Shown here: piece by piece, positions 56,624 through 64,000 of the stretch
How the letters are laid out: each line of letters begins with the position of its first letter
How positions within the stretch are numbered: position 1 is the stretch's first letter
Assembly (NCBI RefSeq): GCF_009914755.1
Contig: NC_060939.1
Strand: one strand, 5' to 3'
DNA from: the human T2T-CHM13v2.0 reference genome, Homo sapiens
Length of the DNA: 64,000 bases
Program-made: the position numbers and the translations under genes
The notes under the pieces: generated by a model
Database searches by the model: none
The model's input: only the letters and a program-made list of their open reading frames with translations
Told to the model about the DNA's origin: nothing

Positions 56624-56948
56624 ACAGCTGTCCCTCAGTATCCACAGGGGATTGGTTCCCTGCAAATACCCAAATCTGCAGATACTCAATTCCCTTATAT
56701 AAAATGGGATAGTATTTGCATATAACCTATACTCTTCCTGCCATATACTTGAAATCATCTCTGGATTACTTAAATAGTATTTAATACAGTGCCTACACAT
56801 CACTCCATTTGCATGGATTTGGTATAGTACTCAGCATGTGGCAAGTTCAAGTTTTGCTTTTGGAACTTTGTGGAATTTTTTTCGGATATTTTTGATCCAT
56901 TTGGTTTAATCTATGGATGTAGAACCCACTGATACTGAGGGCTGACTA
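56624..56948 (+). mobile_element. Intact MER2B-type Tigger MITE
   Basis: TA-flanked; inverted termini CAGCTGTCCCTCAGTATC ... GATACTGAGGGCTGACTA. Confidence 0.85.
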
Positions 56949-57349
56949 TATTTACATAATTTTAAAATAAAGCCTAAAAATCAAAGATAGAATACATTTT
57001 AGTTTTGTTTAATTTGATGAAGCATATGTGTCTTATTACCTTAACTAAACTCTGAAACACCTTTTAAAACTAAATATAATATAGCTTTTACTTCAGGTTT
57101 TTAGCTGGAATTCTTTAAGCCTTTCATATGCAAAAAATATATAGTAAAGGAAGTAATTTGAGTGACATGAGAATAATGTTTTGGAAATTGTCTGTAGTTA
57201 GAGTCTAACATATATTTAGGCAAATATGCTTTTTAAATTTTAGTTATAGAATTAACTTATATCAGTGTATTTCCTTCAGCTCACTTGGGATCCACATGTA
57301 GACCTTGTCAGCTCTTTCAGCTACAAAAATAAATCAAGAATAAAAATTC

Positions 57350-58816
57350 AATCACTGATACCCTTGCTTCCAGTTGATTGAATTGGCTGCTGAAGCTTGT
57401 GCATTCATCACATAGTTCCCGTGCCATGGTTTTCAGCTCCATCAGGTCATTTAAGGACTTCTCTACACTGGTTATTCTAGTTAGCTATTTGTCTAATCTT
57501 TTCTCAAGGTTTTTAGCTTGTTTGCAATGGGTTCGAACTTCCTCCATTAGCTCGGAGAAGTTTGATCGTCTGAAGCCTTCTTCTCTCAACTCGTCAGTCA
57601 TTCTCCGTCCAGCTTTGTTCCGTTGCTGGCGAGGAGCTGCGTTCCTTTGGAGGGGGAGAGGCGCTCTGATTTTTAGAATTTTCAGCTTTTCTGCTCTGTT
57701 TTTTCCCCATCTTTGTGGTTTTATCCAACTTTGGTCTTTGATGATGGTGACGTACAGATGGGGTTTTGGTGTGGATGTCCTTTCCGTTTGTTAGTTTTCC
57801 TTCTAACAGTCAGGACCCTCAGCTGTAGGTCTGTTGGAGTTTGCTGGAGGTCCACTCCAGACCTTGTTTGCCCAGGTATCAGCAGCAGAGGCTGCAGAAC
57901 AGCAAATATTGCTGAACAGCAAATGTCCACTCCAGACCTTGTTTGCCTGGGTATCAGCAGCAGAGGCTGCAGAACAGCGAATATTGCTCAACAGAAAATG
58001 TTGCTGTCTGATTGTTCCTCTGGAGGTTTCGTCTCAGAGGGGTACCTGGCTGTGTGAGGTGTCAGTCTGCCCCTACTCGGGGGTGCCTCCCAGTTAGGCT
58101 ACTCGGGGGTCAGGGACCCACTTAAGGAGGCAGTCTGTCTGTTCTCAGATCTCAAACTCCATACTGGGAGAACCTCTACTCTTCAAAGCTGTCAGACAGG
58201 GACATTTAAGTCTGCAGAGGTTTCTGCCGCATTTTGTTCAGCTATGCCCTGCCTGCAGAGGTGGAGTCTACAGAGGCAGGCAGGCCTCCTTGAGCTGCGG
58301 TGGGTTCCACCCAGCTCGAGCTTGCTGGCTGCTTTGTTTACCTACTCAAGCCTCAGCAATGGTGGGTGCCCCTCCGCAAGCCTCGCTGCCACCTTGCAGT
58401 TAGATCTCAGACTGCCATGCTAGCAATGAGCGAGGCTCTGTGGACGTAGGAACCCTCCTAGCCATGTGCGGGATATAATCTCCTGGTGTGCCATTTGTTA
58501 AGACCGTTGGAAAAGTGCTGTATTAGGGTGGGAGTGACCTGATTTTCCAGGTGCCGTCTGTCACAGCTTCCCTTGGCTAGGAAAGGGAATTCCCTGACCC
58601 TTTGCCCTTCCCAGGTGAGGTGATGCCTCACCCTGCTTTGGCTCACGCTTGGTGGGCTGCACTCACTGTCCTGCACCCACTGTCCAACAAGCCCCAGTAA
58701 GATGAACCCAGTACCTCAGTTGGAAATGCAGAAATCACCTGTCTTCTGCACTCACGCTGGGAGCTGTAGACTGGAGCTGTTCCTATTCGACCATCTTGGA
58801 ACTGCCTGGCCTAGTG
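57350..58816 (-). mobile_element. L1PA4-6-like element made only of the 5' UTR and first part of ORF1, no poly(A), TSD-flanked
   Basis: Collinear with 54673-56063; perfect TSD TCAAGAATAAAAATTC at 57334-57349 and 58817-58832. Confidence 0.93.
57851..58000. repeat. 75-bp tandem duplication in L1 5' UTR
   Basis: 57851-57925 and 57926-58000 differ at 5 positions. Confidence 0.95.
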
Positions 58817-59124
58817 TCAAGAATAAAAATTCTAATGAAGTGACAATTTATGTAACTAATATACCACTCTTATATAGCCCTAGAGCTATATTTAATATTA
58901 TTTAAATGGCAAAATATAATTTTACTTGGTTAGAACTATAATACTTTATAATGTTAAAACTTTATAGCATTGGGCTTTAGATTTATGAAATAATACAGGT
59001 CAGTTCTATTTCTAATTTCTTTTTTAAAAATTATTTTTCAGTTTCAAGTTTATCCAAGTAATATGGAATTTAATATTCTAAAATTATAATAAGGTTTTAG
59101 AAGTTAGTCCTTCAATCCGTCAAA

Positions 59125-59428
59125 TTTTTTTCTTTCTTCTTTTGGAGATGGAGTCTCGCTGTGTCTCCCAGGCTGGAGGGCAGTGGTGCGATGTTGGCTC
59201 ATGGCAACCTTTGCCTCCCAGGTTCAAGTGATTCTCCTGCCTCAGCCTCTTGAGTAGCTGGGATTTTCCAGGTGCCCACCACCACACCTGGCTAATTTTT
59301 GTATTTTTAAAAGAGGCAGGGTTTCACCATGTTGGCCAGGCTGGTCTCGAACTCCTGATCTCAAGTGATCCTCCTGCCTCGGCTTCCCAAACTGCTAGGA
59401 TTACAGGCTTGAGCCACCGCACATGGCC
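59125..59428 (-). mobile_element. AluS-type SINE
   Basis: Dimeric Alu, T-rich tail on the left. Confidence 0.93.
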
Positions 59429-59662
59429 TCAAACTTATTTTTATACACAATGTTAGATAAGGGTCTAACTTGATTTTATTTCAATTGACTAGTCAATTTG
59501 CTAATAACCTTTTAAAAATTAAACTTCTTTTTTCATGAGAATGCCATCTTTATCTCATGTTAAGATTTTGTAAATATGTGCACATATTTCTGGACTATCC
59601 ATTTCACTTATCTGTTTTAATGCCAACACCAGACTCTTTTGATTATAGTAATTTTGTAGTAA

Positions 59663-60064
<402 letters not shown>

Positions 60065-62114
60065 TCATGTGAACTTTAAAATCAGTTTACCTAAATAGAA
60101 AAGAAATGATGAGAATCTTGTTCAAATCACATTTAAGTTTACTTATTAATTTCAGAAGAATTAACATTGTTATGACAGTAACGTCACTTTAAGAAACAGG
60201 TCTCGTTTGATATCCAGAGGGAGCTAACTGGGAAAATGTTGAAAGATTGAAGGAAAATTCTGAGGAACTAAATGAGGTTAGAGACCATGAAATTATAGCA
60301 ACTTTAGCCTGAATGGTTGAGTGAGTTTATTCCAAGATCGCAGAGTAGCTAAGTATAACAGAAGAGAAGCTAAATGTCTGAAAAAGAACAAAGAGACAAG
60401 GGATCAAAGGCAAGGAATTAAAAAATTCAAGTGTGATGACAAAGGAAAAGATAGAAATGATGGGTCAGATAGTCTAGGCGAGATTTTTAAAGAATTAAAA
60501 ACCAGAAGGTTTGCAACAGATTGGAAGAAAATTTTGTTTCTGGGACTGTAAGTCTAATTAAAGTTGCAAATGAGGAGCATATAAAGTAAGAGCATTAATA
60601 ATGAGCTGGAATAGTGGGAATTTATGGTCAAAGTAAGTTTTTGAGGTTAAATATTTTAGAGGTAGAACACATTTAAGTAATGAAATCTAAGCAATATGGA
60701 AGCCATTATCATGATAACATGGTTATCAGAGTGGATTGTTGGAAAAGAGTAAAAGCAAAAGGTCACCAGAAGAGAGATCCGTTGAAGCCATTATTATAGA
60801 TATTGAAGTTACTGATGGTAGAACAAGGTATGCTACCAGAGGCCGTACATCCTGTTCTCTTGTGATAGGGCTATTCACTGTATAAGTTTTACTAGTTTTG
60901 GCAGCTTCAGTGAATGCAGGAGTATCTTTTTTATTAAATGACTCTTTTATCTGGCAAAACTACCTCTGATCAGTGGATTGCAGACTATTAACGTGACTTT
61001 CATGACATTTTGAACTTTTAAAGTGGCATATGGCCAAACATTTTATGACCCTCTAAAATAACTTAAAATCATAGCGTCTTTATGGTCTCAAAACAAGCAA
61101 GCTGTTCCAAGAGAAAGAGGAAGTATCTGTTAGTGAAAATTGTTGTGCCTTATGCTTACTGCCAAGAGTTTCAGAATTTTTATTAGGAGTTCCACAAAGT
61201 CGTTAGCTTTTAAGAAGGGAGCATAGAGAAAGAGTTTGGGAGAGATGGGAGAAGTGATGTGGGGGGTTCAATGGAGAGGATGTAAAAAGTAATGATGAAT
61301 AATTAGGAAAGGGATCCACAATTTCTGGCAAAAGATTTACTTTCTACAAATGTATGTTTAAAGTGTCATGGAAACACTATTACATTCTCTTAGTTTGATT
61401 CTTTTTTTAATGACCGGAAAACTAGCAAGTTGAGTAGCCACAGAAGATATTTATATATGAAGGTAGAAAAATAAAATTTTAGGGATAAATAGTATATAAC
61501 TGGTAGAGATTATAATGCAAAATCAGTTACTTATAACTTCTACTGGTTGTAGATTTTTCTTCAGTTTATTTTGTAGTTATCTGATTCCTTTAAAATCTCC
61601 TAGAACTGAAATTTAGAGATATTTCTAAAAGAACTTTTTATACCTTGCATTTTATCTAAACAAGGAACTCTTAACCAGTGCATTCAGTTTGGCTTCTTGA
61701 ATTTTAAGTCCTTATTTTACTTGACCTCCTTACAGCATTTGACGTAGTTGAAACTCCTCATTCACCTGATTTTCCTTTTATGTATGTGGCTACTCTCTCT
61801 TTTTTTTAAGTGGTATCTTACTGGCTCCTTCTCTACCAAATCTTTAAATGTATATTATGCAGTTTTTTAAATTTGTAAGATTTAGATATACTACTTGCTA
61901 AAATAGATGAAGATTCAGCTCCCTCACCTCTTTTCCTCCCAAAACTATATATCTATAGTTGCTTTATTGGTAGCTTTTGTAATGTGTATCTAAATCTCTA
62001 TTTTTTTGTTTCATCCACTATAGGCAATAGGCCTCAAGTCTGCATTTGCAAGATGAGTCTATCCTTTTTATTTTTCCCACTTTGTACATTGCAACTTCTA
62101 TCAGCTACACTTTT

Positions 62115-64000
<1,886 letters not shown>

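Noticed and set aside
60200-62100. Possible further LRRC49 exon after exon D
   Set aside because: No phase-2 open exon with credible splice sites was found; the sequence looks like degenerate L2 and AT-rich intron. A small exon could have been missed by eye.

Overview
Primate (most likely human) genomic DNA, not prokaryotic. The window lies inside one + strand gene and holds four short internal coding exons (2047-2108, 29070-29217, 45384-45467, 49376-49539). All have AG/GT boundaries and splice into one open frame: RDVDNLPCLQHLFLSFNNISS-FDSVSCLADSSSLSDITFDGNPIAQESWYKHTVLQNMMQLRQLDMKRIT-EEERRMASVLAKKEEEKKRESHKQSLLK-EKKRLTINNVARQWDLQQQRVANIATNEDRKDSDSPQDPCQIDGSTLSAFPEETG. This is a leucine-rich repeat, an LRR cap and a charged coiled coil, which I recognise from memory as LRRC49 (not checked by search). 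The rest is intron packed with transposon relics: a full-length L1PA3/4-type LINE-1, three older long L1s, about a dozen Alus, a MER50 solo LTR and DNA-transposon fossils. Almost all ORFs in the supplied track are L1 fragments or repeat-derived noise, and the track misses the real exons. I see no new gene system. The most unusual items are: (1) a TSD-flanked, tail-less L1 made only of an inverted 5' end, with a 75-bp duplication in the ZNF93-target segment; (2) a textbook candidate poison exon at 47203-47339; (3) a UG-repeat-adjacent cryptic exon candidate; (4) a four-level nested insertion; (5) one endonuclease site apparently used twice. Repeat subfamily names come from recalled consensus sequences and need RepeatMasker/Dfam confirmation. 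Edges of old repeats are approximate.
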